A stretch of 64,000 nt of DNA from the NCBI GenBank assembly GCA_976226885.1, contig OZ320322.1, positions 42,470,001-42,534,000 of the forward strand, in the 5' to 3' direction. The notes beneath the pieces were generated by a model that ran no database searches, was not told the DNA's origin, and saw nothing but the letters and a program-made list of their open reading frames with translations. Shown here in pieces: positions 45,797 to 60,000 of the stretch; position 1 is the stretch's first letter; the number at the start of each line of letters is the position of its first letter. A program made the translations under genes and the position numbers. The DNA comes from Iphione sp. A-MEVVRFRX5 (taxonomy: Eukaryota).

Positions 45797-46633
45797 CTAG
45801 TTCACAGTTAAAGATACAATGAAAAGTAAGTTTTCCTTTACAAAGCTCGTAGTCCATCCCGAAATCCAAGATGGCTTGCTCTCTCTCTTTGACTGTATAA
45901 GCTGGCTAATCTGAGCAGGGGACAATGCTTCAAATTTGGACATCGGTTCTTGATCTGAACCCCTTGAATTCTCACTTACAACAACTGGAACATGAGTTCT
46001 TATTCCTTCAAATAACTGCCACACCAAAGTGATAAAGTCATGGGCATCAACACAGTTGGTGACCAATATAAAACATGTTCTGCCCTACATAAGTAGGCTT
46101 GTTCATATATTGCTTATAGCCTAAACCATTAGCCCCATCGATAAACATGGACTTTGCTCCATTTGAAGAGACAAGTTCACATTGAAATTGCTCAAGACTG
46201 TCACTGGCCGGTCCCTGCGTGGCACAATTTGATCAACTGAAATGGAGATATCTTTCAAGGAATCAGAAAAGTTCCGATTAAGGGACTTAGACATTAAATA
46301 CATGTATATGCATATATATTCAGGATGACCATGAAAACTAATGCACCAAGGTTCTGAGATTGCTTGAAATAAAGAATATCCACATAGGAAAATCTGGTTC
46401 CCTCCACATGTAGAACTCTGCTGCCTTATATACAGTGATTGTTGTATTACAAGTCTACTCTTAGCGACAATTACACAACAGATTATATAACACTTTGCTT
46501 TTCCAAGTTGTAATACCTGCTCCGGTACTAACTGAAAGAAATATTGGACTTGGAGTACTAGAATATATTCTGATATCCCAAGCTTGTTTACTAATGATAA
46601 TAGTTCCATTTCTGTGGTTATCGGTGTTATCAC
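45797..46633 (-). pseudogene. Possible highly degraded LINE ORF2 remnant
   Basis: Fragments VTVLSNFNVNL (GDFN-like) and FEALSPAQISQLIQSKRESKPSWISGWTTSFVKENLLFIVSLTVN (like the pre-RT linker); their spacing is far shorter than in an intact ORF2, so an internal deletion would be needed. Confidence 0.3.
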
Positions 46634-48876
46634 TCGGTGGGACCTTTACCCCAAGAGGTAAAGAGGCAGACCCATCTCCAATACAATACATTATGTATAA
46701 ATAAGTGTTTTCCCATGCCAGGCTTAACATGCAACCAAAGAGTTTCACCATTACAGTTACCCAAACTCCCATCTGTCATTTTGTACTATGATATTGTTCC
46801 TTATATATAAACCAATACACTCCTATCCCTAACACGATCAATAGTGGACAGATCCCTGTCCTGCCCAATACAGTCATGCTCAACAATACTCCCAACAGTG
46901 TATTGAGTTTAATTTTGGTATCAATTTGGTATGGGGATTCTAGCGAGTGCGTCAAACAGCAAATTCTTTTTGGAGAGCATGAGAATCATGAACATGGTTT
47001 GCAAACTTCCACCCTTTTTCTGGAATGAACGCTATCTCACAGCTTTTACTGACTGTGAATAATTTTTTTTGACCCATAGGTCTCATTTTAGGATTGTCGC
47101 CAGTAGGTAGGTGAAAGTATCAAAGCTGCTACACCAGTCTCAAGTCTCTCTACTCCCACTGATTGTGGGCAGGTTATGTTAAGCGGTTAGGATAACCCAT
47201 ATAACTGCCTTTTATTTCATATCCCGATGCCTCATTTCCAATAGCGATTGTAGGAAAATTCATATATTTTATATATGTATAGCACTTTACATCTGCCACT
47301 AGCTATACTTAATGTATGAGCCAATGAAAGTTTAAATATGAAATAATTTTTTGAAGATCAGTTATTATTTCAATCGCATTTTCATTTTCAAACTTCTTTT
47401 TCATAGCGAGGCAATATGATTCAAATGCGTTGATAGGCTTATCTCTCGTCGCAGTTTTAATAGATTACATGAACGTGATAAAACACATGCGTGTTTTACA
47501 CCATAAGGAGATGAATGGCTACAAGCCTCTTGAGACATGTTTCGTGTGTTTTTCAGCAATTAAAAAATGTGTTTTTAGCATTGATTCCATGTGGCATTCT
47601 GACAAATTCCATTAAATGAAGATATTAAAAGAAATACACAAACATTATGTGCATATACATCGTCCTTCCCGTGTTTGAATTTTTACTAGCCCCCTCATCA
47701 CCACACACTCACGCAAACGTATCCAACCGACTGTATTTTCACTAAGTCATCGAGGGTTTTATGCGCAAAGCCATGTACACAAACACACACACGTACGCGT
47801 ATCCGCCATGGCGCCAATTACCGTGCCTTCGATGCTGAGACAAGTTGTCATCAGTGTCATTCCTTCAGCCACCATTTTTTTTAAAGAAAGGTTTATAATG
47901 AGCCCGAGGAACGTCGCGTGGTTATATTTCAAGACAGCTCTGGCTCATCATCGATCAGGTGCGCGATTCACAAGATGAAATGCAGTAGAGATACCGTTAC
48001 CCCAGAGACGGGTACTTGGGCGCATGGATCACATATGCCTTTCGTTTTGGAACAGAATGCTATGAGCGCGAATAACAGGATGACGAAATGATGTTTCTAA
48101 TATTGCATTTAGCTTTCTAGCAAGATAAATTCTAGCAAGATAAATACCCCCAAACGATGTTTTCATCGTGTGGAGGGTGTACACGAATTTTTGGCACTGG
48201 GCGACGTACCCACCAACTCACCATTTGGGCACATACAGGGCAAATATTTAGCCCTTTGGACAATATATACAATGTATATAGGAGCTCATGATAAAGGTAA
48301 ATCAATTACAAATGCACATACAGGATATGGTCAGAGCAGTAATCCGGTGGATATGATGTACTCAGAAGAAGGGACATACCGGATCATAAAAAAACGGAAA
48401 AATGCGTACGGCTACTGATAAAGATGTTACAATGAGCGCATGACAAGTCTCTCTAACTGGGAATATATACATGTGTTCAGCAGGTCCAGCAGTCGAAAAC
48501 GGTCAAGCATGGACATTGCCCAAGCCCTCGAATGATGGGTGAATTGCAGCAGACGTCTAATACAAAGGACATCGCTTCGATCTGGCTGGTGAATGCTGTA
48601 ACTACACTTACTTGAAATGTAGACAGGACATGTTGTCATCAATTCTAAATGGTATTGTTTTGTCCTTGAACTGTATCGACGATCAGATGTGAGATATTAA
48701 TGAGACAACAGAGTTTTCTACCGAGGCATCTCGGACCAGGCCGATGGAATGCTATAACAATCAGTATAGTGGTCAAATTCGAAATAACGCGAGCTTTAAA
48801 AACAGAACAATCTACCATCGTCATTCTCCTAAGAGAATTTATACAAAAGTAGCATGCCTGATAGTCAGTGGAAATA

Positions 48877-48877
48877 T

Positions 48878-48946
<69 letters not shown>
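48877..48946. repeat. Compound (TAGA)n(GA)n microsatellite
   Basis: Direct reading. Confidence 0.95.
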
Positions 48947-48949
<3 letters not shown>

Positions 48950-51900
48950 AGGATCTTACACAAGGCAAGTTTTTATGAAGTATGACCGCATTTATTCTGT
49001 GACTGACTGATCCCGATATACCTGTACTGGTCTGGTATAGTCATATGTCACAATGTTCCATGATTACGATCACAGTTTTACTACCTTACCATGCTATATT
49101 TCTACAGAGAACTGTATTTTTAAAAAAAATTGACATGTATTTTGGAGAGCAACACTATTAGGAGGGCCTGCCTTTCAGTCGAATCTCTTGAGCAAAACTA
49201 CAAATTCGAGATTTCTGAATATTCTAAGAGCGCAAACAAGTTCATATGTGAAATTTCCCGGTTCAGTAGCGACCAAACAAGTTGTATAACATGCCCAGAC
49301 TCTCACAACGATTTAAAGTAGTTGGTATGAGCCCTCTTTGCGACACCGGCAATACGTGCGGCGACACTCTGTCTCGACACATCTGACGGTTCTATCAGGA
49401 ATCACAACCCTTGTTGTGTGGCTGGTCTGCTCTGTGTTCCGGCCAACTAATCGGGTGTGACGGGTACCGACCAGTTAGTGAATCCTGGCAGCCCTCGTGG
49501 CTTGTCTCAGCCCAATAGATAACGTTCATGCTCGGCCGTAGATGCGTTGATACATGTAGCAGAACATCTCTACTCGCTTTCATCCATTTACAAGCACTGC
49601 TGACTTCTCTGACGATTCCGGTAACCTAGGAATATGTACCTCAGTCTCACCCATGATCCGAATCGAGCACGATGGCTGTTGCCAGTGATACCACTGGCCG
49701 TAGTAACCATACATGGTTACGTCGTCCGTCCTTTACGGTGACAAAGATTATCGGCTGAACCCACAAATAGGCCTTTATTAGACACTCTTGGATGTGTGCA
49801 ATGACATTGATATGGAAACTGGCCGGCAGGTTTGGCAGCTCGGTAAGTTCCCCACCTGTGCACACCATTCATGTTTCTCCTCTCTTCTCCAAATTAGACT
49901 ATCCCACCGCTACCAGTAAAATGTATTGTGTCTTTTTGGTCAGTGGCTCCGGGTTCTAGGGACTCTGTCGGGGTGGGGGTATAGAGAGGGATCTAACAGA
50001 AGGCCAATGTGGCCTTATTTGCTCATTATTTGGTGAAACAGTGTTCCGCACAGCATGGCCGTATGACATATGCCTGTTAGAAATATTATATCTCATATAA
50101 GTAAAGTTGGATGAAAATATTTACCACTTTAATATAGCGTTATGAGTGAAATACATTGGAGCACTGGGTACTTTGAGTTTGATGCTTCGTGAAAACGACA
50201 TTACGAGCTAGTCATTCTCTATAAGTTCAGGGGCTCGCATACACAATACCCAAAGGTTTTGGCATTGGATCACTCCAACTAGGTATAATACAACTTGTAG
50301 AATATTAAAGTGTAGGTAGCAATAAACTCATCGACCACACGGGCCGCCAGCCTGTCAAAACATGCGTTTTATAACCTGACTACATAATTGTGGAAACAAC
50401 TACGTTGTGTAATTTGGCTTTTGGAAGCCACGCCCAGTGCTATTCTTGAAACTTACAGCTTCATGACGTTCTTTGAGTATTTGCATTCACGGTGTCGTCG
50501 ATGGGCCTAACACTTGCCACCGTACGTAAAGAGGTGAACATATTCTTACCATATATTTACTTCCTTTTTTAATTTGGCGTGGAGAATTATCTAGTTACAT
50601 CCTCAGCTTCTCTATGTTAAGGAATGAAAGGGTCCAGGGAGCTCTGTGCCGATTCCACAACCACACTGTGAGACTAACACGTTTTGACCAATGGCTTTTG
50701 TGCGTGTGCTGGGGACAACATGCATACCAAGTAGCAGCCTCCTTCTTCGTCTCTCCCCTATAATGACGGACGACTTGCTTGGTAGAAACACCTGCCTCAT
50801 TTTTATCTAAGCGAGTTTCCTCTTGCACGAGACATTGCATGGTTTCTTTTTGACGATCTTCACGCTGACTTCATTCATTTAAGTCCAAAGCACATACACG
50901 TCAGCATTTGGCCACGTCCTGCAGCCAGAAGCACGTGTAACGTGACTAGCATTACCTCACTTTTCGCCAAGTCGCTTCTCCTTATGCAAATCGTCTTCCG
51001 AATTTATACCGGTCTGCTTCCGCGCCGTTTGTTATCGCCTAATTGTCTTTAAATACTCATCTGGCCTCGAAGAGAGACTAAGAAAATGAGAGGCGAAAGG
51101 AAGTACAGTCATATTAACATGGAAATATATGGCCCATCCAATCTACCTAATGCCTGTGCATGTTTTATCTAAACAAAAAGCTGCTTGAGGTAACAGCCGG
51201 CCCAGTCAGAGTGCTCTTCTTACCAATATAAAGTTGCGTATTATGATTTATGTGGCTTAAAATCAGACTTAAGAGTATCCTTGATAATCGGACGGTCCTG
51301 ACAAATAAGAAAGCAATAGAGCAGTGACATAAGGTCAAGAGTGAGCATGTGCAGAGGCAGAAATACACAGCTTCTTCACGATGTCCCGACTGCTAGTGTG
51401 GTGTAGACACAACCTGGGCATCAGGAGAGGATTCATCCTGGGAGGGTGGTAATAAACAAGATCATATTAAATGGCCCTTCCGCTGCCGCATGTCCTGGAG
51501 TAATGGAACAAGGCGACAGTGAGAAGTTGTTGGAGGAGATTAAAGGACCTCTCTCAGGCTGTTCTACAGGCAATGGGTGGTCAGAGGACAGTGTCATTCC
51601 CTGTGATATCCCCCTATACAATCACCACTCGCCATCAGCTTCCTTTATTGCCAACTGCTATTGACTAAACCCACCATCAGCCATCGCCCACTGGCAGTCC
51701 AGCTTGTTGCTATACTCAAGGTACAGTGCATTTGGAACACACTACGAACTACAGTTATATCCAATCAGGGTTTGCACACTCACTGCCAGCCATTTACCCA
51801 ATGCATTGGTATTGACTACTAAATTCCTTCAACAATGTTACACCTCGCCGCCGCGATTCTAGAGACACCTGGGCGCGCCATTCTATTTGAGCGGAGCACG

Positions 51901-53677
51901 CCACCTGTCATCATGAACCACCACCATACACCACTGAATCAACAGTTCGATTTCAAAAGACTAGGGTTCCTCCCTTCAGGCGGCCCTCAGGCCCTACTGA
52001 ATATAACATACTACCGGCCTCTACTATTTGCAACGGATTCTACACAGGAAACTTCACGTCACTAATATCCCTCCTGTTTCTTCCTACTGTTACTCCTACC
52101 TGCACCACTGGTAGCATCCATCACCCACCATTACCCACACGACCACTCAGCGCCAAACCACCGCATACCCCAATTTTAAGTATCACCACTACCGTCATCA
52201 CCACCACTAGCACCACTACCTCCGATGACAGACCAATCCAGTGCCACCTTATAGGTGGATATTTGTCAAACCGTTTCCAATAGGTATCAAAAATAATTTT
52301 AAGAATCCGATACAAGCTGTCAGGCGAAGAGCTATTACTCTCATCCGGGGGGCATCGCTAAAATGACGGCCCATTTCTTCTGTCGGTTCTGTCGGTGTAG
52401 ATTTTCTGACGTTGCGGCATTTATTGACAGCAATTACGGTGCATGTGGCACGGCCTAATGTTCCTGTTGTGGGGAGGGGAAAGGGAAGGGGGTTTGCGGT
52501 AGACGCCATGACAACCGGTCGGAAGCACAAACCTTGAATAATGGAGGTTCCAGGGCCCCTGTGCAGGTCGTTTATTGCTGTCTGCTTATCACGTAAGCAT
52601 TAGTTGTGACACCCTGAGGATCCCAAACGACAGTTTATGGTACCAAAACAAATTGGGTTATAGTGGATTTCTATGTCCTCCTTCACCACAGGGGAGAATT
52701 AGAATTATATCAGGAATAAAACATCCCGTCTGTTATGCCACGGGCTTAGGGAGTTGCGGAGTTGACCGTTTGTTGTCACTGGTATTGTTGGATGGTGTTG
52801 TTGCCCTAGGCGCCGTTCACATATATCCATAGGGAAAAAACCGTCAATGGGTCCGTAGCGGTATATTTCTCCTGCTGATCATAAATTAATTGCCTACATA
52901 TGTATACCAGATGTGTAGTCACCATTGCTTTCCATTGAAAATCGATTCGTATCTGTAGGAAAATTTTGTCACCGATGGATCTTGTGTACAGATACGCATC
53001 TGTATATATTTTGAAATAGATATATTATGTGAACAGTTTAATACAATTGCTATGGTCAGATAAGAAACGTCTCCTGAGCCATATTTGTTCTCAGAAAATA
53101 CCTTAAGGCGATTGTGTTGTTTGTATGTAGTGATAAGTGGTGCAAAAGTTGGGTAGCAGGGTTGCTTGTAGGAGGCAACTGTTTTGTTGGATAGTTGTAC
53201 TTCCTGACCAACAGTCATGGTGTTTGTGATAAGTAAAGGCGGGTGGTTTTGTTGGGTGACACTGTTGACTGTTACTGGTAGTCAGCTGTATTGTTAGCTC
53301 TTCCTGTAAGGTAATAATGATGCTATCTGTGCTAGTCATGGAAGGTAATGATATTGGTTTGAGATGGTGACAGGGGTAGTAGAAATTCGTCAGTATTATC
53401 AATGTCAGTAGGGGGAAATGGTTGCTACGCTACTGGACGATTCTGGTTAGTGATTCAGTTGCAAAGGTGAACATGGGTGTTGGTGGTGGTTCATGGTGTC
53501 CGTGGTTGTTGTGCGTTCTGCGGACTGTTGTTGGGAAAAGATCGTGGCAGGAGAGCAATAGATTGCTGCCGGTGATGTTTGCAGTTGTCTGCAGGGGTAG
53601 CCTGCCTGGTATTGCTTGTTATTTGCATGATATTTGTGTGTGTCCAAATTTACTCCAACTGAACACCCAACCCTGCA

Positions 53678-56428
53678 ATGGGGTTAACAGTGGTCTCATA
53701 CAATATTCGTAGTTTAGGGAAGAAGGTAACTGACCTCGGACATCTGTTGGCTTGTCACAATGTGGATGTATGTTGCATCACTGAATCTTGGTTAAACAGC
53801 ACCTACCTAGATTCCAATGTAGCTATTCCTGGATATGATTTGGTGCGCCAGGACAGAAACAGGGTCCATGCCCAAAGAGGTGGGGGCATAGTCATTTATT
53901 TCAAAAGTCACTTTCAGGTGATCAGAAAGTATGACGTGGGACCATCAGAATCCACCTGCGAAATGCTGGGGATTCGACTTAAGGCTGGCAAGAGAAGGCC
54001 AATAGATGTCCTGGCAGTTTATAGACCACCTGGCGATCCAATAGCGAAGTCAACGCAAGCGATTGACCAAGCAGTGGGAATGCTGCCCCGACATGGCCGA
54101 AGTGATAGAATCATCACCGGTGATTTTAATTACCACTTTGGCTGTCCAGGCAGAATTGGTAATGCCATTGCTAATGTACTAGCTGGTCGAGGTTTCAGCC
54201 AGCTGGTAACCAAAGCTACAATGATCTCCTCGGACTCTGTCCTAGACCACTTGTGGGTTGACTTCACAGGCCACCTAGGCGGGAAGATACTCGAGTGGTT
54301 TCTAAGCGATCACCTGGCGGTATCAGTCACCATCAAAAAAGGAGTGCGGTCTAAGCAGAAGGAGTCCGTAGTCACTCGCAAATGGAATCAAGTTGATGTG
54401 CCGGCCCTACATGATAAGCTAAGGAGTGAAGCTATCATAATGGAGGGCTGTCACGAGACGGCGTGGGATACCTTTGTGGATAAGCTATGCGTCGAGTTAG
54501 AGGTAACTGCCCCTGCAGTCACTAAGGTCCGCAAGGTTGAAAGAGACGGATTTGTGATGAGCAACGGACTGGCCGAGGTCGCACGCGACCGCCTATACTA
54601 CTTCCGCAGGTGGAAGAAGGACAAAAATGAGGACGATCACAGGATTTTTAAGCACCTAGATAAGGTGCTAAAATCTGAGTTAAGGAAAGAGCGGAAGTTC
54701 TACTGGACAAGTAGAGTAAACTCAGCTATGGGTGACCCCCGTAAACTATGGCAGGTGCTAAACTCGGCCATAGGAAGGGGAGAGACCAAGGTGACTCTAC
54801 CCAGTCTGTCTGAAGAAAAGGGCAAGACAGGGGAAGATCTAGCAAATCACTTTAACACCTACTTCGTTGATGAAGTCCAAAAGCTAGTAAGGGAGCCGAA
54901 AACAACTGCAACTTCTGGCAGGACAAAATCTGACAGGAGATTTGAGTTGTCGGAGCCGACGCCATGTACCGTGAGACCTCTCTTGGCCAGCTTAAAACTT
55001 CACAAGTCATCAGGCATAGAGGGAGTACCTATCAAAATTCTGAAACCCCTTTTGTTGCTTTGCAGTGACTTTGTTGCCTGGGTGTTCAGCTCCATCTACG
55101 AATCGGGCCACTATCCGGCCTCTTGGAAGATAGCCCGCATCACCCCCGTCTTTAAGAAGGGGGATGTGCAGTTAACTTCCAACTACCGTCCAGTATCAAT
55201 ATTACCCGCACAGGGCAAAGTCTTTGAAAGATGGTTGGTACAGGGAGTTACAAAAGAATTGGAGAGACGAAACATCCTGAGCCCAAACCAGCATGGCTTC
55301 CGCCGCAATCGTGGAACTGACACCGCAATTGCCAAACTGCTGTATGAGACTCATGAGGCCTTGAACAGGGGCTACTATTGCAGCCTGACACTGTTTGATT
55401 TCAAAAAGGCGTTCGATTTAGTATCCCACAGCAGTGTCGTCAGCAGACTCCGGACAGCAGGAGCAGGGCCAAAGCTCTGCAAAGTGATGGAGAGCTATCT
55501 CACTGGCAGAAGACAGTATGTCCGCTGCAGTGGCTACGACTCCACAGAGCTTCTGGTGCGGACTGGAGTGCCGCAGGGGTCAGTAGTAGGCCCCATTGCC
55601 TTCTGTCTGGTGGTAGACACTGTGGTGGACATACTACCGAAAGAGTCTTGTGCTGTACTATACGCGGACGACTTATCAGTGCTGTGCGTGGCTAGAGACT
55701 TGATGAAACTACGAGAGATCACCCTGCGTACCGTCCAGGAAGTGATCAAATGGAGCGATGACCAAGGGTTGGTACTGAGCCTGGCTAAGTGCAGTTATAT
55801 GCCGCTGGGTAAGGCGTCAGGTATCCCTATGGACATTGTAGTCGATGGTACAATCCTTGAGATGACTGAGGAAGTGAAGCTCTTAGGGTATCACCTAGAC
55901 TCAAAGCTTAAGTGTGGGAAAGCTGTAAGGAAAATCAAATCCACCATGTGGGTAGCTGCATTAAAAATCAGCAGAGCGAAACGGAACCTGCCGCTATCCG
56001 TGAGAGTCCTATTGTTCAAGTCGCTTGTGGTCTCCATTCTGCACTACCATGCAGTGTCACTCTACGGTATGTCCCGGGGAGACATGGTAAGACTACAGGT
56101 GCATCTGAATAGGTGCGCCCGTCTATCAATACAGGACGGTGTCCATTTGTCAGCAAGGGTGCTTCAAACTAGGTTCGGTATTGAGAGACTTGAATCAATG
56201 GTGAGCTTCAAAGGGTTGCAGGCAGTTCACAAGCTAAGCAAGTTGAGGCTGGTGGACAAGGCCGAAGCAACCAATACCAGGATGGGAACAACTCACAGAA
56301 TAATGGTTTCAAAACTGAAGAGTAAGCTGTTCTCAGGGTCACTTGCCTACGCGGCAGTTAGGACCTGGAACAGCCTTGGCCCGAGTGTCAAGGCTATGGA
56401 CAGGCTGCCGAGAAATGCCGGCAGCTAA
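53678..56428 (+). CDS. Apurinic-like endonuclease plus reverse transcriptase (916 aa, LINE ORF2-like)
   Basis: APE motifs YNIRSL, CITESWL, VYRPP, TGDFN, LDH, SDH; RT motifs NYRPVSIL, QHGFR, DFKKAFDLVSH, GVPQGS, YADD; C-terminal RTWNSL. Confidence 0.96.
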   Translation: MGLTVVSYNIRSLGKKVTDLGHLLACHNVDVCCITESWLNSTYLDSNVAIPGYDLVRQDRNRVHAQRGGGIVIYFKSHFQVIRKYDVGPSESTCEMLGIRLKAGKRRPIDVLAVYRPPGDPIAKSTQAIDQAVGMLPRHGRSDRIITGDFNYHFGCPGRIGNAIANVLAGRGFSQLVTKATMISSDSVLDHLWVDFTGHLGGKILEWFLSDHLAVSVTIKKGVRSKQKESVVTRKWNQVDVPALHDKLRSEAIIMEGCHETAWDTFVDKLCVELEVTAPAVTKVRKVERDGFVMSNGLAEVARDRLYYFRRWKKDKNEDDHRIFKHLDKVLKSELRKERKFYWTSRVNSAMGDPRKLWQVLNSAIGRGETKVTLPSLSEEKGKTGEDLANHFNTYFVDEVQKLVREPKTTATSGRTKSDRRFELSEPTPCTVRPLLASLKLHKSSGIEGVPIKILKPLLLLCSDFVAWVFSSIYESGHYPASWKIARITPVFKKGDVQLTSNYRPVSILPAQGKVFERWLVQGVTKELERRNILSPNQHGFRRNRGTDTAIAKLLYETHEALNRGYYCSLTLFDFKKAFDLVSHSSVVSRLRTAGAGPKLCKVMESYLTGRRQYVRCSGYDSTELLVRTGVPQGSVVGPIAFCLVVDTVVDILPKESCAVLYADDLSVLCVARDLMKLREITLRTVQEVIKWSDDQGLVLSLAKCSYMPLGKASGIPMDIVVDGTILEMTEEVKLLGYHLDSKLKCGKAVRKIKSTMWVAALKISRAKRNLPLSVRVLLFKSLVVSILHYHAVSLYGMSRGDMVRLQVHLNRCARLSIQDGVHLSARVLQTRFGIERLESMVSFKGLQAVHKLSKLRLVDKAEATNTRMGTTHRIMVSKLKSKLFSGSLAYAAVRTWNSLGPSVKAMDRLPRNAGS

Positions 56429-56991
56429 TGGGTATGAAGGAGGACTCAGTGTGGTTCCTGGTCATGACACAGGCACACGGTTGGGCTGAGATAGTATGGA
56501 GTTTAACCCGGGGGGAGTAACGGTATTAATTACTTGTACCAGCTGTCTCGGTCTGTAATGGCACTTAGAGCGTGGTGAGGAAATAATATGTTGATACGTA
56601 GTTAAACGGAGAGTGGTTGTACTCAACAAACCGTAAGTGTATTCTATCTTACCTGACGGTCATTGAGTAAGTCACAACTTTCCAAGTGTGTTGTGTCCCC
56701 ACAGCAAACGGTCTCCCACTGGGGAACCTTTGAGTATAATCCTACTTCTGTCTCACTACATAACCTAGTGTTTTGATGAGGCATTGCTAGACATACATGT
56801 GTAAACAAAGAAATGATCGGATGACAACGGTCTAGTCCGGGTCACATGCTGAATTCTACAGCCAGCTGCCGAAGTCGATAATACCAGACTATTCATTGCA
56901 TTCTGTATCTGTGTGTTCATTTATGTATGTGTTGTATGTTATGTTGTCACATTTATCTCTTGGAAACCTCTGTACTTATATGGAGATATTG

Positions 56992-57022
56992 AATAAAATT
57001 GAATTGAATTGAATTGAATTGA
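56992..57022 (+). repeat. AATAAA plus (ATTGA)5 3' tail of the LINE
   Basis: gaataaa attga attga attga attga attga; short-repeat tails are characteristic of CR1/L2-type elements. Confidence 0.75.
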
Positions 57023-60000
57023 ATATTTGTAAATGATTTGGCCTAGTGGATGTAGTTATAAGCTTTGTTGGCTGACGGTGCTAGGTAGTGCTGGTTTTAA
57101 TAGGTCGGAGTGGGCGGTAGGGGGTAGGTGTCCAATAGTAATGTTATATTGATATTTCCCTCCTGAGATGAAAAAAACATGACAAGGAGTAAGGTATTAC
57201 AAGAACTTTTCCTCCCCGACACTTTTAGTGACAGTTTGTAGCGGACATCTATACCGGTGGATGCTAGGTTTTGAATACGGTGGTGGTGTTGATGGCAGGA
57301 GTACACTGAGTCTTGTTCACAGCGTGAGATGGCTGATAACGTGATGGTAGGTATAATCGTACCTGATGTGAGATGGTATCTAGTGGATATGCGTGGCGCT
57401 GATGGACTTCCAACACTTATCGAAGTTTCAGGTATGCCCTCTCCTGGAGGCCCACGTCTTCCGCTCCGCTCCCGCAGATTTTAACCCTCTCCTCCTATTA
57501 AGTGAGGTCGATAGCCATGAAAGGCTGCCACACTTGTTACTTCCAGCTGAGAATTCACCGAGGCAGCAATGGGCTTAGCTACTCCTACGCAACAAGATGA
57601 CAGTAATTCTGTATGATTGTTGCTAAATGTATATCACGCCATATTTGCATAATTTTCCTCGCGTTTCTTTAAAATGTCCATATACAATGTACGTGTAGCG
57701 TGTATAACATGTGTATGAACACCAAATGAATATAATTATAGTGTATAATGTATATTAATTATTTGTAGCCCCAGATATGACACTAAGCTTGGGACTAATG
57801 GTTGGTCTCACTAGACACTTCTCTACATAGGAGGAGGCGTTTTCTGTTCATTTAGGCTGCTAAATACAGAGACGGAAAAATAGTCTGATCAACGTTTAAA
57901 AACAGTGATACTGATGTTTCAATAAATTGTTCAAACAATGAGAGCAATTTCGGTCTCCGTCCGGGTTTGGTCTCCCCTGTTATGTGGTTTTTAACTGGAT
58001 CTCCTCTGTAATTATAGATGGACGTGCTGATGTACCAAAATCTGTCTGTGTAAATGAACGTCAGAACATAGAGTCTCAATAAACACAAAATATTATTTCA
58101 CCAGATATATTCATGCATATAATACTACCAACATCCCAGGATATCAAGACAAAGGACAGTACAGTTTAAAGGTGATGACCTTGGTCGTCTTGGTGCGTTT
58201 TTTATTATATACAGGATCTGTGTATATATGCGTGCATGTTCATGTACACAAGAGATCTTACCTTCTAACATCAGACACTACTTTGATGAAAGCAAGGATA
58301 TCTTTATCTTTGAATGAATTTTGTAACTACATCCTGGATTGTCGACTCAAAATGCTTATAATATCACCTCCGGAGCAGCTTCATATTTTATCATCTATGC
58401 CAAAATAAAGCCAACATCACCCAAAACGAAAGTTACTTCTAGGCTGGGCTCAAGATAAAATCTACGCGTCAGACAATACAACCAAAACGCCCAAAAGTGC
58501 CAAATTTTCTCGGCATAGATAAGTGCAATGCCTAGTCATACATCTTTCTGAATAAGGCGCCTGACTTGGTGTCCAGTCACAGGCAATACAGTAACAACTC
58601 AACCCTGTGAGCAACTTAACTAGCCGGGTGGTCCAGAATTAAGGGCAGGTTTTACTGTTTCTACTACTATGTGATACATGTATACAATAAATGAGTCCTG
58701 TTATAGGGGCAATTGGCTAGTCCTTTCAGTGGTCACATTGTAGATGGTGATGCAAAATTAAAAGAAACTACAAATAATTAAAGGTGAAGATGACATGCCA
58801 TAGGTTAGGCGAGACGATCTGGGTCATCCAGATATACTTGTAGTCTTGAAAATATTGATTATTCTTGAGAGCAAGAATGAGTTTTGTTTTAGAAGGGTTA
58901 TATTCGAGTTATAGTTACATATGATGGCGGGATTGGTATCCTGCCTGTGAAGAGAATTGATATAATGCACGAGGAATTAGCTACCATGGGTGTTAGTCTC
59001 GTTGTGTCGGGCGGGTATAGGGTTCCCGTTGAGATCAATTTCTTCTGGTAGAACGTCTTCGGGTCAAGTCTCCTAGGGCACGCAGGAAAGTTCTTTCCAG
59101 GCTTTTCGCCTAACCAGTTGTAAATAGGTCTAACACACAGGTGCAGTCTGATTTAGGAGTAAAACCACTCGATGTACCCCCATGAGTAAAAATTCCTCTC
59201 CCCAGTATCGACCAGTCATGCAGATAGAGGTGACAGAATGTGTTGCGGACAGTCATTATGCTTCGTTGGGGAGATGTGCAGAACGTGTTGCGACTCAGCA
59301 ATCCATGACTTCATTAGGGAGGAGACACCTATACATACCGTCAATGTTCCAAAATCTCGGAGCTGATTTGTAGTTATCTACTGAGATCGGCGCGCTCTGT
59401 CAGCTTGGCTACCTCGCTTGCCTTCTACTCTTATGTTTTACTGAAAGTATGACTTGATTTGTGCACACTGTATATGGCGCCAGCTGCTGTCAGTGAGGCG
59501 AGCAAGGGGTCCACCTGCAGCCAATAATCAATGGCTGTCCGAGAGCACTCTTGAAAGAGGACGTCCTTCATCTCTGTTCGTTCGAGATTTCAAAATATTC
59601 TTTTATTCTGACAAAGTTTCACAAAATGTATGGCGACACATTGTCCATGCATACTTTCATTGCTGCTAGTGTCTTGCAGTGGTTATTGCTAAATGTTCTG
59701 ATGATCGTTCACGTTTTGGTGAAGACACATATACATGTATAATGAAAATTGGAATATTGAAGAGACCAAAATTATACTTTATGGAATGCTTGTCACTTTG
59801 ATTATATTTACTTGGTTGAAACATCTGTGTTGAATGGGAATGTCATCTCTTCATTATTCACAGGTTTTGACCGTATGGAGGCAGATGTAGCGGGCATGTC
59901 ATTTTATTAATTATTCACGGGTTGCAACGTGCCGGTGAAGCAGTAATGCTTAGCTTACTAATTACACAGATTTTGTCGATATGTGGATGAAGTGGTGGCT

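Larger units (their letters stand above)
53638..57022 (+). mobile_element. Non-LTR retrotransposon, CR1/L2 group, single APE-RT ORF
   Basis: Intact ORF, ~600-bp 3' region, AATAAA then (ATTGA)5 tail; candidate TSD ATATTTGT at 53630-53637 and 57023-57030. Boundaries are less certain than the ORF. Confidence 0.8.

Noticed and set aside
20940-53600. Short 60-170 aa ORFs in AT-rich flanks
   Set aside because: Lengths are consistent with chance; no recognisable domains apart from the possible LINE remnant listed
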